In this document: piece by piece, positions 9,609 through 19,322 of the stretch
How the letters are laid out: every line of letters starts with the position of its first letter
Numbering within the stretch: position 1 is the first letter of the stretch
Assembly: GCA_040377305.1 (NCBI GenBank)
Contig: JBEIPA010000008.1
Span: 32,001-96,000 of the forward strand
Source: Flavobacteriales bacterium
Lineage (GTDB): Bacteria; Bacteroidota; Bacteroidia; Palsa-965
Direction of reading: 5' to 3'
Length of the DNA stretch: 64,000 nucleotides
Position numbers and translations under genes: made by a program
The notes under the pieces: model-generated
Database searches by the model: none
Told to the model about the DNA's origin: nothing
What the model saw: the letters and a program-made list of their open reading frames with translations, nothing else

Positions 9609-10523
9609 ATGACAATTACAGCAAACAAGAAGATAGTTTTCTCTGGCCACAAAGGTCCGGTTTACACAATCACACCAGGAATTAAAGAAGGAGAAATTCT
9701 CTCCGGCAGCAGCGATCAGCGTTTAGGTTCGTGGAATTTGAGAACAGGTCAGGCTGCTGATTTCAGTGCAGTGATGCCGACGCACATCCTTGCGTTGATT
9801 GCAATTCCTCAGTCGAAAATAATTGTTACCGGCACGAGTGGCGGAACGGTTCACTTTCTTGATCCGATCAACAAGAAAGAAATAAAAGCAGAAAAATATT
9901 TCGACTCGCAGGTTTTCGATTTTGCTATCTGCGAAAAACACCATGTGTTGTTTGCAAGCTCAGGCGACGGTAGAATTATTGTGACCGATCTTAATTCATT
10001 CGAGAAGCTGAAGACTCTCCAACTCAGCAATGAGAAAGTGCGCAATTTCGCCGTTCATCCGGATGGAGATTCAGTTGCAGTTGCAACCAGTAATGGAAAC
10101 GTACACGTGTTTTCACTACCGCTCATGCAGGAAACACATCAATGGAAAGCGCATGACCTGGCAGCAAACTGTGTGTGCTGGCATCCGGCAGGAAAATATC
10201 TTTTGAGTGGTGGCCGCGACGCACATCTGAAAGTGTGGAATCCTGAAAAGAATTTTGAATTGATTCAGGACATCGCCGCACATAACTATGCGATCTACAG
10301 CCTGACGTTTTCTCCGGACGCAAAATATTTTGCCACCGCTTCACGCGACAAAACAGTGAAAGTCTGGAATGCAGACACGCAACAACTTCTCCTTCGTATC
10401 AACAAGGAAAAGCAGGACGGGCATCTAAACTCCGTGAACAAAGTAATCTGGACAAACGAAGGATTGATTTCAACCGGAGATGATCGTGCGATTATTTTGT
10501 GGCATCTGGAAATTCCGGCTTAA
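9609..10523 (+). CDS. WD40-repeat protein
   Basis: Repeated GH/AH...SG/AS.D...W units; start moved to ATG 9609 to avoid overlap. Confidence 0.9.
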   Translation: MTITANKKIVFSGHKGPVYTITPGIKEGEILSGSSDQRLGSWNLRTGQAADFSAVMPTHILALIAIPQSKIIVTGTSGGTVHFLDPINKKEIKAEKYFDSQVFDFAICEKHHVLFASSGDGRIIVTDLNSFEKLKTLQLSNEKVRNFAVHPDGDSVAVATSNGNVHVFSLPLMQETHQWKAHDLAANCVCWHPAGKYLLSGGRDAHLKVWNPEKNFELIQDIAAHNYAIYSLTFSPDAKYFATASRDKTVKVWNADTQQLLLRINKEKQDGHLNSVNKVIWTNEGLISTGDDRAIILWHLEIPA

Positions 10524-10525
10524 AT

Positions 10526-11944
10526 CTAAGACGCCTCAAATAAGAGATCCATTTTCAGGTCGTTCTGCACATTCCCGGAGTAAGTGTTCAGTTGCAAGCC
10601 AAAAGTAGTAACCATCGTAAGGAATACAGACTTCCTTGTTTGTGTTTCACTTTTGAACGCTCCGATTTTATTTCGAAGCTCGGCATCATACTTTTTATCA
10701 ATCCGGAACGGGCTGATTGAAAATTTCATTTCGCAAATATTTATTACACCATCTCTCCGGTCAATTACAAGATCAATCTGCGCCCCGTTTGACGATAACA
10801 TACTTTTCCAGGAAGATGTTTCTGTTTCAACCCCGCTTATTCCCAATGCCTTTTTGATCTGAGGTAAGTGAGCCAGACAAACCTGCTCGAAAGCATAACC
10901 GCTCCAGGTTCTATGGCTCGGGCTATCGATCATTTTCAACCAGTAATTTTTATCAAACGATTTTTTACCCCTGATAAATTTTATGTGGAACAAGGAAAAG
11001 AAATCGCATAGTTGATACAGACTGTTTCTTGATTTTTTTCCAAATGGGATGTACCGGCGAATGAAACCACTTTCTTCAAGTTCATCCAGTAAACGGGTAA
11101 GACCACCACCATCAGCAAGCCTGCTTCCCACGCTTATTTCAGCACGGGTAAGTCCTCTGGCTTTCTTAGCAAGCGCGGCTACGATGGCTTCATGCCGCTC
11201 AGCTTTCGCAAACAATGATTTAAAAAGATTATCAAACTCGGCAATAAGTAATCCATTGAATTCAAAGCAAACCTTATTGATATTTTGCGCTGCACTGAGC
11301 CCTTTATCTATTGCGTCCCAATAAAAAGGAACGCCACCTAATACCATATAAAGCTGCACCAGTTGGTAATAATCCAAAGTGATCTTTTTATGCTTGAGCA
11401 GTTCTGAACATTCATTCAACGTAAAAGGCTCTATTTTGATTTTTTGAGTAACGCGATTGTGCAGACCACCTTTACCATTGATGAGTGTGTTGATCATCCA
11501 CGAAGCCGCCGAACCGCAAACAATTAATAAAATGTCTTTCCTTCCCGATGCCCAGCTATTCCAAAAGTGTTCCAAAGCAGGAACAAATCCTGCGCGGGCG
11601 GTATCAAACCAAGGTAGTTCGTCAATAAATATTACTTTCTTCTTTCGTTTTGATTTCTCAACAACCTGCCGGATTAGCTGAAAAGCTTCCATCCAGTTAA
11701 CCGGATTTTTACGGCGCTTCTGCGGATGCTGCTCCTGCATGGCCATAGTAAAGTTTGCAAGCTGCTCTTCCAATGTTGCCTGGGCAAGTCCCGTGAGACG
11801 GAACGTAAATTTATTCTCAAATACATTTCTAATCAGGTAGGTTTTACCAATTCGTCGCCGTCCATAAACGGCAACAAATTCAGACCTGCCGGAAGCCATC
11901 TTTTTATTCAGCAGCGAAATCTCCTTTTCTCTCCCTATAATCAT
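10526..11944 (-). CDS. AAA ATPase (archaeal-ATPase-like) with wHTH and C-terminal PD-(D/E)xK-like domain
   Basis: MIIGREKE start; Walker A YGRRRIGKT; Walker B IFIDE; CGS; AFEQVC...QIDLVID...ICEMK. Confidence 0.88.
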   Translation of the reverse strand: MIIGREKEISLLNKKMASGRSEFVAVYGRRRIGKTYLIRNVFENKFTFRLTGLAQATLEEQLANFTMAMQEQHPQKRRKNPVNWMEAFQLIRQVVEKSKRKKKVIFIDELPWFDTARAGFVPALEHFWNSWASGRKDILLIVCGSAASWMINTLINGKGGLHNRVTQKIKIEPFTLNECSELLKHKKITLDYYQLVQLYMVLGGVPFYWDAIDKGLSAAQNINKVCFEFNGLLIAEFDNLFKSLFAKAERHEAIVAALAKKARGLTRAEISVGSRLADGGGLTRLLDELEESGFIRRYIPFGKKSRNSLYQLCDFFSLFHIKFIRGKKSFDKNYWLKMIDSPSHRTWSGYAFEQVCLAHLPQIKKALGISGVETETSSWKSMLSSNGAQIDLVIDRRDGVINICEMKFSISPFRIDKKYDAELRNKIGAFKSETQTRKSVFLTMVTTFGLQLNTYSGNVQNDLKMDLLFEAS

Positions 11945-11951
11945 GGCAGCG

Positions 11952-12056
11952 TTATATTTGGCTATAAATGTACCAATAAACATACTTATCGCCAAATAGG
12001 AGATACTTATATTTGGCGATAAGTAGTCCATAATGGGTACTTATAGCCAGATATAA
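11952..12056. promoter_or_regulatory. Four alternating-orientation copies of TAT(T/C)TGGC(T/G)ATAA; putative operator array
   Basis: Forward 11952-11974, reverse 11983-11998, forward 12007-12029, reverse 12036-12056. Confidence 0.7.
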
Positions 12057-12167
12057 AACACGGCGGAGACAAAGAAATGCGACAGAAAAATGGAGATGGA
12101 GTCGAATCTCTCCGGTCGGCCTTGATTATAGTTGATCCGGTAAGCCCGGAAGTTATCTCTTAAAATG

Positions 12168-12205
12168 TCAAAACGCCAGGCGGTTTAACCTACCTGACGT
12201 TTTGA
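12168..12205 (-). terminator. Hairpin downstream of recQ, probable terminator
   Basis: TCAAAACGCCAGG...CCTGACGTTTTGA imperfect stem. Confidence 0.55.
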
Positions 12206-12224
12206 AAGTAAAATATACTACGAT

Positions 12225-14432
12225 CTAGTTCCCGAATTCAGAAATGAATTTGATTCTCATCAACCTTACTTCTTCCTCCGAGTAGTCTTCTTCTCCGAGT
12301 TCATCAAGAGCGGCGTCAATTGAATCGTCTTCTGCTTCGCGGAAATAATCTACAATCTCTTCCTGCTTCTCCTCGTCCATCATCTCGTCGATATAATAGT
12401 TGATGTTCACACGAGTGCCGGAACTTACGATTGCTTCGAGCTCTGTGATAATATCTTCGATCTTGAGTCCCTTTGCTTCTGCAACGTCTACAAGATCCAG
12501 CTTGCGGTCAATGCTTTGAATGATGTGAACTTTCAATCCTGATTTGTTCACGATTGATTTCACGATCAGATCCTGCGGACGATCAATTTCATTCTCCTCC
12601 ACATACTTCGCAATCATCTCAACGAAAGGCTTACCGAACTTGGTTGCTTTTCCCTGTCCAACACCCGTGATCTTCGTGAGTTCCTCGATGTTGATCGGAT
12701 ACTGAATTGCCATTTCCTCGAGCGATGTTTCCTGAAACACAACATACGGAGGCAAATTCTTCGAGCGTGCAACTGTGCGGCAAAGATCTTTCAGCATGCT
12801 ATAAAGTTCGGGATCCGCACCGCCACCACGCGCTCCTCCTCCACCTGCTATATCATCATCATCGTCGCTTTCCGAACCTTCATAGTTGTGATCAAGCGTA
12901 ATCATCACGTTCCAGGGACTCGATAAAAACTCTTTTCCTTTTTTCGTGAGCTTGAGCAATCCGTAATTCTCAATGTCTTTCACAAGCATTCCTTCAAGAA
13001 CTGCAGTACGGATAACCGCATTCCAATAAGATTCCTCCTTCTGGTCGTCGATTCCTTTTCCGAAAACTTCCAGGTTGTCGTGCTTGTATGATTTCACTGT
13101 TGCTGTAACAACACCAGTGAGAATATGAATGATATGCTTGTCTTTGAATTTCTCTTTTACTTCAGAAACAGTTTCGAGTACCAATCCGATATCGTCTGTT
13201 GCATCGAACTTCTGTTTCGGATTCTTGCAATTGTCGCACTGCCCGCAATTCTCCTGCTCGTAGTTTTCACCGAAATAGTGAAGAATCACTTTACGGCGAC
13301 AAGCCGATGATTCTGCGTATGCAACCGTCTCCAGCAAAAGCTGCTTTCCGATTTCCTGTTCAGCAACCGGCTTGCCTTTCATGAATTTTTCCAGCTTCTG
13401 AATATCCATATAGCTGTAGAATGTCAAACACTGCCCTTCTCCTCCATCGCGACCTGCACGACCGGTTTCCTGGTAATAACCTTCGAGTGACTTCGGAATA
13501 TCGTGGTGAACAACAAAGCGAACATCCGGCTTATCGATTCCCATTCCGAATGCAATCGTTGCAACAATCACATCGATGTTCTCCATGAGGAAATCATCCT
13601 GCGTTTGCGCGCGCGTACCTGCATCCAGTCCTGCGTGATAAGGAAGTGCTTTGATTCCATTCACCTGCAAAGTTCCTGCAAGCTCTTCAACTTTTTTACG
13701 GCTAAGACAGTATATGATTCCTGACTTGCCGTCATTCTTCTTCACGAACTTGATGATCTCCTTAATCACATTCACTTTCGGGCGAACTTCGTAATACAGA
13801 TTACCGCGGTTGAATGATGATTTATAAATCGTCGCCTCAGTCATGCTGAGGTTCTTGAGAATGTCTTGCTGAACTTTCGGTGTCGCAGTTGCAGTCAAAG
13901 CAATAATCGGAACCTGTCCGATTGCCTCAATGATCGTACGCAGGCGACGGTATTCCGGACGGAAGTCGTGACCCCATTCAGAAATACAGTGTGCTTCATC
14001 AATTGCGAAGAAGGAAATTTTAATCTCGCGAAGAAATGCAACGTTCTCATCCTTCGTGAGCGATTCAGGAGCAACGTAAAGCAATTTTGTTTTTCCTGAA
14101 GTAATATCTTTTTTCACTTTGAGAATCTCAGCTTTTGTAAGCGAAGAATTCATGAAGTGTGCAATGCCATCGTCTGTACCGTGGTTGCGGATTGCATCCA
14201 CCTGATTTTTCATGAGTGCAATCAAAGGAGACACTACAATTGCAGTCCCTTCACTGATCAATGCCGGAAGTTGGTAACACATTGACTTACCACCACCTGT
14301 CGGCATAATCACAAACGTGTCCTTTCCTTCCAGAACGTTGGTAATAATCTCTTCCTGCTGACCTTTGAATTTGTCGAAACCGAAGTACTTCTTCAGTTCA
14401 TCAGACAACACAAGGTTTTCCGTATCATTCAT
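12225..14432 (-). CDS. recQ: ATP-dependent DNA helicase RecQ (RQC, HRDC)
   Basis: MPTGGGKS, DEAHC, QETGRAGRDG, Zn-binding CRR...CGQCDNC, HRDC PPYVVF. Confidence 0.97.
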   Translation of the reverse strand: MNDTENLVLSDELKKYFGFDKFKGQQEEIITNVLEGKDTFVIMPTGGGKSMCYQLPALISEGTAIVVSPLIALMKNQVDAIRNHGTDDGIAHFMNSSLTKAEILKVKKDITSGKTKLLYVAPESLTKDENVAFLREIKISFFAIDEAHCISEWGHDFRPEYRRLRTIIEAIGQVPIIALTATATPKVQQDILKNLSMTEATIYKSSFNRGNLYYEVRPKVNVIKEIIKFVKKNDGKSGIIYCLSRKKVEELAGTLQVNGIKALPYHAGLDAGTRAQTQDDFLMENIDVIVATIAFGMGIDKPDVRFVVHHDIPKSLEGYYQETGRAGRDGGEGQCLTFYSYMDIQKLEKFMKGKPVAEQEIGKQLLLETVAYAESSACRRKVILHYFGENYEQENCGQCDNCKNPKQKFDATDDIGLVLETVSEVKEKFKDKHIIHILTGVVTATVKSYKHDNLEVFGKGIDDQKEESYWNAVIRTAVLEGMLVKDIENYGLLKLTKKGKEFLSSPWNVMITLDHNYEGSESDDDDDIAGGGGARGGGADPELYSMLKDLCRTVARSKNLPPYVVFQETSLEEMAIQYPINIEELTKITGVGQGKATKFGKPFVEMIAKYVEENEIDRPQDLIVKSIVNKSGLKVHIIQSIDRKLDLVDVAEAKGLKIEDIITELEAIVSSGTRVNINYYIDEMMDEEKQEEIVDYFREAEDDSIDAALDELGEEDYSEEEVRLMRIKFISEFGN

Positions 14433-14804
14433 TTAATGGTAAAGTATTATTGGACGGGAGAGTCCGGTGTGTTTTAACTATCAAAGTAAAGATATAATGA
14501 AATTCCTGATCATTCGCTAGTTATTTGTCAGACTAGTGATGCAAATCTATGAGTGGCTTGGAACGCACGATGAGTGAAATTTATTGATTACTCAATATAC
14601 CACATATCATCTGAAAGTGCAAAGAAGAATATCATGAACTTATTCGAAGACGCTAAAATTTGTTTGGTCGATGATCTAATTCACCATAAAAAGGTTCAAC
14701 TATCGAAATACACATGCGATTTTTCACTGCGTTTACACATTTAGAATTGCTTCTGGTGATGTCGGTTTTCATTTAGTAAATTAGCAGCAACTTATTCCTG
14801 GCCC

Positions 14805-17633
14805 ATGAACAAAATTTTACTCTCTTTACTTGTGTTACTGTTATGTTCAAGATTGAACGCACAAGCACCGGAAGGAATCAACTATCAGGCAGTTGCACGA
14901 GATGTGGCTGGCACAGAAATGCCTAACACCCCGGTGGATGTACAGGTGCAAATTCTGAACGCTTCGTTAGCTGTAATCTATCAGGAAGATCACCTTGACA
15001 CAACGAACGCATTCGGTTTGTTCAACCTTGTAATCGGTCAGGGACAAAATCCAACATCAAATTTCTCTGCAATCGATTGGGCAACTGGTCCGTTTTATCT
15101 GCGTATTTACATTGATGCGAACAACAGCGGATATGTTAACATGGGTTACACGCAGTTGTGGTCTGTTCCGTATGCGCTGTACGCGAAAGAATCTGCGAAT
15201 GGTCCACAAGGATTGCCCGGGTTAAATTGTTGGGATGTCGATGGAGATGGAGTTCAGGATCCAAGTGAAGATTCAAATGGTGATAACCAGTGGAATGCAC
15301 TTGATTGTAAAGGAGATTCTGGTGCAACGGGTGCAGTTGGTCCAGCAGGTCCACAGGGAATTCAAGGAATTCAAGGTGTGCAGGGACCGCAAGGAACTCA
15401 AGGAGCACAGGGGCCACCCGGCGCATCCGGATCGAATGGACTTGCTTGTTGGGATTTGAATGGTAATGGAATCGGCGAAGTTGGTGAAGACATTAACACT
15501 GATGGATTCTGGAATTCATTGGATTGTGCAGGTGCAGTTGGTCCCGTTGGAGCAGTTGGTCCAACAGGCGCAACTGGTCCGACAGGTCCAACAGGAGTTA
15601 CCGGAACCGCTGGCACGAATGGAACCAATGGCGCAACTGGCCCAACCGGACCCACAGGTGCAAACGGAACGAATGGTGCAACTGGCCCAACCGGAACCGC
15701 AGGCACGAATGGAACCAACGGTGCTACCGGGCCTACAGGTCCTACGGGCACCAACGGAACCAATGGTGCTACCGGTGCAACAGGAGTTACCGGTGCAACC
15801 GGCCCTACCGGAACTTTCGCAGTGAACGCATGGACGCTGCAAGGCAACAGTATTACCGCGGGTGATTTCATTGGCACTACAAACGCACAGGATCTTGTGT
15901 TTCGCACGAGCAATGTTGAAGCAGCGCGAATCAATTCATTTGGTGGTGCCGCGATAGGAACTGCTACCACAGCGACAGGTACTTTTGGGTATGCAATCGG
16001 ATCGAATAACGTTGCATCAGGCAATCGCGCTTTCGCGCTGGGAAATCATGCAACAGCTTCGCATCTGGGCGCGTTTTCTATTGGTGATTGGGGCGGTGGT
16101 AGTCCGACTATAGCTGCGTCGACGCAACAGGATGAAATGACCATGCGTTTCAGTGGTGGCTATCGTTTCTTCACCAATTCAACACTAACCACTACGCAGG
16201 GAATCTATTTTACCAACACGGGGTATGTGGGTATTGGTAATCCTTCACCATTTGGTAAACTGGATGTTTACCAGACAGCGGTAACAGGACCGGCAGGTTT
16301 TTTCTCCATCACGAGTGCGGCCAATTCATCAGCTGCAATTAATGTTGCTCACTCAGGATCCGGTATCGGTATTTCCGTTTCTGCCAATGGAACCGGAGCG
16401 GGTATGTTCTCATACATTACAGGAACCGGAAACTCTAACTATGCATTCCGTGCACGAACTGAAGGAACGGGACCTGCAGGAGATTTCATTGTGAACAATG
16501 CCTCGAGCAATGCAAACGGCGTTCAGGTTTCTACGAATTCCAGCACTGGTAATGGTGTTTATTCTTATGTAACAGGTGGAGCACGTGCAGGATTTTTTCA
16601 GATCAATAACGCAACGAGTGGCGCACACACAATTCAGTCTGAACATTATGGTCTTGGTCGCGCGGGGCATTTTGAAGTCGTGAATGCAAGTAACAATACT
16701 GATGCTTTGCTTGGCGCGACAAACGGAATGGGTGCAGCACTTCGTGGTTTTCAAACCGGAACGGGTGTTGCGGGAGACTTTCAGGTTCAGAATGCCGCAA
16801 ACACAACTGCCTCATTGCGTTCAACGCACAACGGATCCGGTGGTGCATTGGAAGCATACAACACTGGTTCGGGTCGCGCTGGTTTCTTTCAGGTTGGTGC
16901 AGCAGGTAACAGTTCTACAGCATTGGAAATCATCACATACGGCACAGGACGAGCTGTGCGCATAAATGTTTCAAATGCAACAAGCACTTCACCTGCTCTC
17001 GAAGTTACCGGAAACGGAATCGGACCATCTGCAGTTTTCCTTAGCGGAAACGTTGGTGTTGGAACGTCAACTCCATCTGCGAAGCTACAGGTTTCAGGAA
17101 ACGTTGCTGTACCTGCGACCAACTCGTATCGTTATGCCACTCCAAAAACAAAATATTATAAAGTGAGCGCGTTCGAACTAACGCCTGTAAGTCCGCTTTA
17201 CGATACGAGAATTGATGATGGATTTAGTTCCGGAAACGTGAATGGACTCAACTCCGTGTGGATCGGCAACGGAACCGCCGGCACAGTTGGATATTGTGTT
17301 GCTGCTGTTCATTTACCAGACAGCGCCGTTATAACAGCATTGAGTGCTCAACTCATTAAGAATGGAGGATCACTTCCATCAGTTGTTGAATTGTACAGAA
17401 CAGATGGCACTGGATACGCTTCAAATACAGCACAACTCATTGCAACTGCTTCTGCAACCACAAGTGGCGGCATTGTTTGGTTCGTGAGCGCAGGCTCGGT
17501 GAATACATCGTTCAATGTGGTAGACAACCAAAACTACAGCTACTTCATTCGCTGGAGCGGAGAACAAGGCACACAAAACGTCCGCTTCATCAATGCAACA
17601 ATTAACTACCAGATACGTCGATCGGAATATTAA
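14805..17633 (+). CDS. Secreted collagen-like / fibre-like surface protein
   Basis: APEGINYQAVAR...SVPYALYA N-domain; two Gly-X-Y tracts; two CWD..G.G...ED.N.D..WN.LDC modules; Gly/Ala/Asn-rich repeats; GNVGVGTSTP. Confidence 0.88.
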   Translation: MNKILLSLLVLLLCSRLNAQAPEGINYQAVARDVAGTEMPNTPVDVQVQILNASLAVIYQEDHLDTTNAFGLFNLVIGQGQNPTSNFSAIDWATGPFYLRIYIDANNSGYVNMGYTQLWSVPYALYAKESANGPQGLPGLNCWDVDGDGVQDPSEDSNGDNQWNALDCKGDSGATGAVGPAGPQGIQGIQGVQGPQGTQGAQGPPGASGSNGLACWDLNGNGIGEVGEDINTDGFWNSLDCAGAVGPVGAVGPTGATGPTGPTGVTGTAGTNGTNGATGPTGPTGANGTNGATGPTGTAGTNGTNGATGPTGPTGTNGTNGATGATGVTGATGPTGTFAVNAWTLQGNSITAGDFIGTTNAQDLVFRTSNVEAARINSFGGAAIGTATTATGTFGYAIGSNNVASGNRAFALGNHATASHLGAFSIGDWGGGSPTIAASTQQDEMTMRFSGGYRFFTNSTLTTTQGIYFTNTGYVGIGNPSPFGKLDVYQTAVTGPAGFFSITSAANSSAAINVAHSGSGIGISVSANGTGAGMFSYITGTGNSNYAFRARTEGTGPAGDFIVNNASSNANGVQVSTNSSTGNGVYSYVTGGARAGFFQINNATSGAHTIQSEHYGLGRAGHFEVVNASNNTDALLGATNGMGAALRGFQTGTGVAGDFQVQNAANTTASLRSTHNGSGGALEAYNTGSGRAGFFQVGAAGNSSTALEIITYGTGRAVRINVSNATSTSPALEVTGNGIGPSAVFLSGNVGVGTSTPSAKLQVSGNVAVPATNSYRYATPKTKYYKVSAFELTPVSPLYDTRIDDGFSSGNVNGLNSVWIGNGTAGTVGYCVAAVHLPDSAVITALSAQLIKNGGSLPSVVELYRTDGTGYASNTAQLIATASATTSGGIVWFVSAGSVNTSFNVVDNQNYSYFIRWSGEQGTQNVRFINATINYQIRRSEY

Positions 17634-17654
17634 CGGATGTATTACACCACTTAC

Positions 17655-17684
17655 AAAAGAGCAGATTAACTACCTGCTCTTTTT
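17655..17684 (+). terminator. Intrinsic terminator
   Basis: AAAAGAGCAG-loop-CTGCTCTTTTT. Confidence 0.8.
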
Positions 17685-17699
17685 CATTATCATTGATTA

Positions 17700-18365
17700 A
17701 TGAGAATTTCTGTCGGTCTCCTTCTACTCCTCTTCACGCAGGCAACGTTCGCACGAACTGCGCCACGCGATGTTGTAGATCCCTGGCAAGCACATTTTGG
17801 ATTGATGGCCGGATTGAATACTTCCACTTTGCAAATGAAGGGAGGCTTTGGACCTACCAAAACTTCCACGATACAATGGACTGCTGCGTTTGGAATGTAT
17901 TACAAGACCAAAGTGAAAAACATGTTTCGTTTCGAAATCCAAACCGGTTACGAAACAGCAGGTGCGGGTCGCGAATATTATTACGAACGAAGCTCTGGTG
18001 AGTTCATTCGAATATTTGACCGATACAGAACTATTCCTTTTTCAATGCTCCTCACAAGAAATCTCGGGTGGAAGGAAACAGTTTCTTTGGGCTTGGGATT
18101 CAAAACTAATTTCATCCTTAATCACTCCGTGCGGCATCCCGGCACATTGGATCGCCCTGGAATAATACGCACACCCGACGTGTTAACCTTGTACGGATCT
18201 CCTGTTGCACAACTTAGTCTTAACCTCCTTTATGCGGAAGTTTCCTTGTACGGATGGTATGCCGTTACGCCTGTAATCGATCATCTCGACGTTACCGCGA
18301 GTCCTTACGGAATTACCTTTATGGTAAAGGCGAGATTGTTCCAGTTTGGAATGGGAAAACCCTAA
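17700..18365 (+). CDS. Outer-membrane beta-barrel protein (PorT-like)
   Basis: Signal peptide; FGLMAGLNTS first strand; alternating aromatic strands. Confidence 0.6.
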   Translation: MRISVGLLLLLFTQATFARTAPRDVVDPWQAHFGLMAGLNTSTLQMKGGFGPTKTSTIQWTAAFGMYYKTKVKNMFRFEIQTGYETAGAGREYYYERSSGEFIRIFDRYRTIPFSMLLTRNLGWKETVSLGLGFKTNFILNHSVRHPGTLDRPGIIRTPDVLTLYGSPVAQLSLNLLYAEVSLYGWYAVTPVIDHLDVTASPYGITFMVKARLFQFGMGKP

Positions 18366-18443
18366 AGTCTACATCCTATTTTCCCAACATCAAGGCGCTT
18401 TTACCTATTTTCATATGTAGTTACATCTAACTATCTTTATCCT

Positions 18444-18815
18444 ATGAAGAAATTATTCGTTTTGCTCATAATGGGCATTGTTCCGGCAACTATATTCTTC
18501 GGATGCAAGCACGAACCTGTGTTACCCGAACATCAGGTTAGTTTTAGTCAGGACATCATGCCTATTATTCAAATGGGCTGTCAGCATAGCGGTTGTCATG
18601 GAGATACGGCCAACCCTGAATTCCCTATGACAAACTATGAGCAGGTAATGGCTGGCGGAGATATTAAACCAGGAGAGCCGAACAATAGTGAATTGTACGA
18701 GGTCATTACGGATAATGATGAAGAAGATCGCATGCCGCTTAATAGGCCTCCGCTCTCTGACAGAAACATCAAGCTGATTTACATCTGGATTGCACAAGGA
18801 GCAAAAGATAACTAG
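18444..18815 (+). CDS. Cytochrome c-type lipoprotein (planctomycete cytochrome c-like)
   Basis: Lipobox FFGC; VSFSQDIMPI; CQHSGCH (CX4CH); PG..NSEL; RMP; WIAQGA. Confidence 0.82.
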   Translation: MKKLFVLLIMGIVPATIFFGCKHEPVLPEHQVSFSQDIMPIIQMGCQHSGCHGDTANPEFPMTNYEQVMAGGDIKPGEPNNSELYEVITDNDEEDRMPLNRPPLSDRNIKLIYIWIAQGAKDN

Positions 18816-18873
18816 CCAAGAACCCTGTCGTTGACAGTCAGGATTCCCGAATTCCACTTAGGAAAAACATTAT

Positions 18874-19257
18874 ATGATGAGTAAAAAAATATTCGCGCTT
18901 TCTCTTTTCGTTGCGGCTGCTGTTTTCACCGGTTGTTATAACGATAATATGGAAGATGTTTATCCGGGTGACGGTCTGTTCCGTCCTTGTGATACAACGT
19001 CAGCTATTTCATATACAAATCACATTGTTCCGATCATCGAAAACAATTGCGTTGCGTGCCATTCAGGTGCAGGTGCAAATGCCGATGTTCATCTGGACAA
19101 TTATCAGGGGGTTTACGATGTAGCTACAACAGGATTACTTGTTGGTGTTACGTGGCACGAACCGACTTATACACCAATGCCGCCTAACTATCAACTCGAC
19201 AGTTGTTCCCTTGTTCAAATCAAGAAGTGGGTTCTCGCTGGCGCACCAAACAACTGA
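18874..19257 (+). CDS. Monoheme cytochrome c lipoprotein
   Basis: Lipobox FTGC; CVACH; distal PMPP; KKWVLAGA. Confidence 0.85.
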   Translation: MMSKKIFALSLFVAAAVFTGCYNDNMEDVYPGDGLFRPCDTTSAISYTNHIVPIIENNCVACHSGAGANADVHLDNYQGVYDVATTGLLVGVTWHEPTYTPMPPNYQLDSCSLVQIKKWVLAGAPNN

Positions 19258-19322
19258 TTCCTCCTATAAATCCTGCCGGTTAAGTCAGGAGTCACGAATA
19301 CCGCGTAATAAAATAAGGAACT

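Noticed and set aside
11945-12031. N-terminal extension of the ATPase ORF
   Set aside because: Runs through the repeat array; family-like sequence begins at MIIGREKE (11944).
14433-14804. 370-nt intergenic region as a possible ncRNA or riboswitch
   Set aside because: No recognisable structure or motif by eye; consistent with divergent promoters. An Rfam search would be needed to exclude it.
15398-16024. Pro/Val-rich antisense ORF and Cys/Arg/Trp-rich alternate-frame ORFs
   Set aside because: Shadows of the Gly-X-Y codon repeat in the collagen gene.
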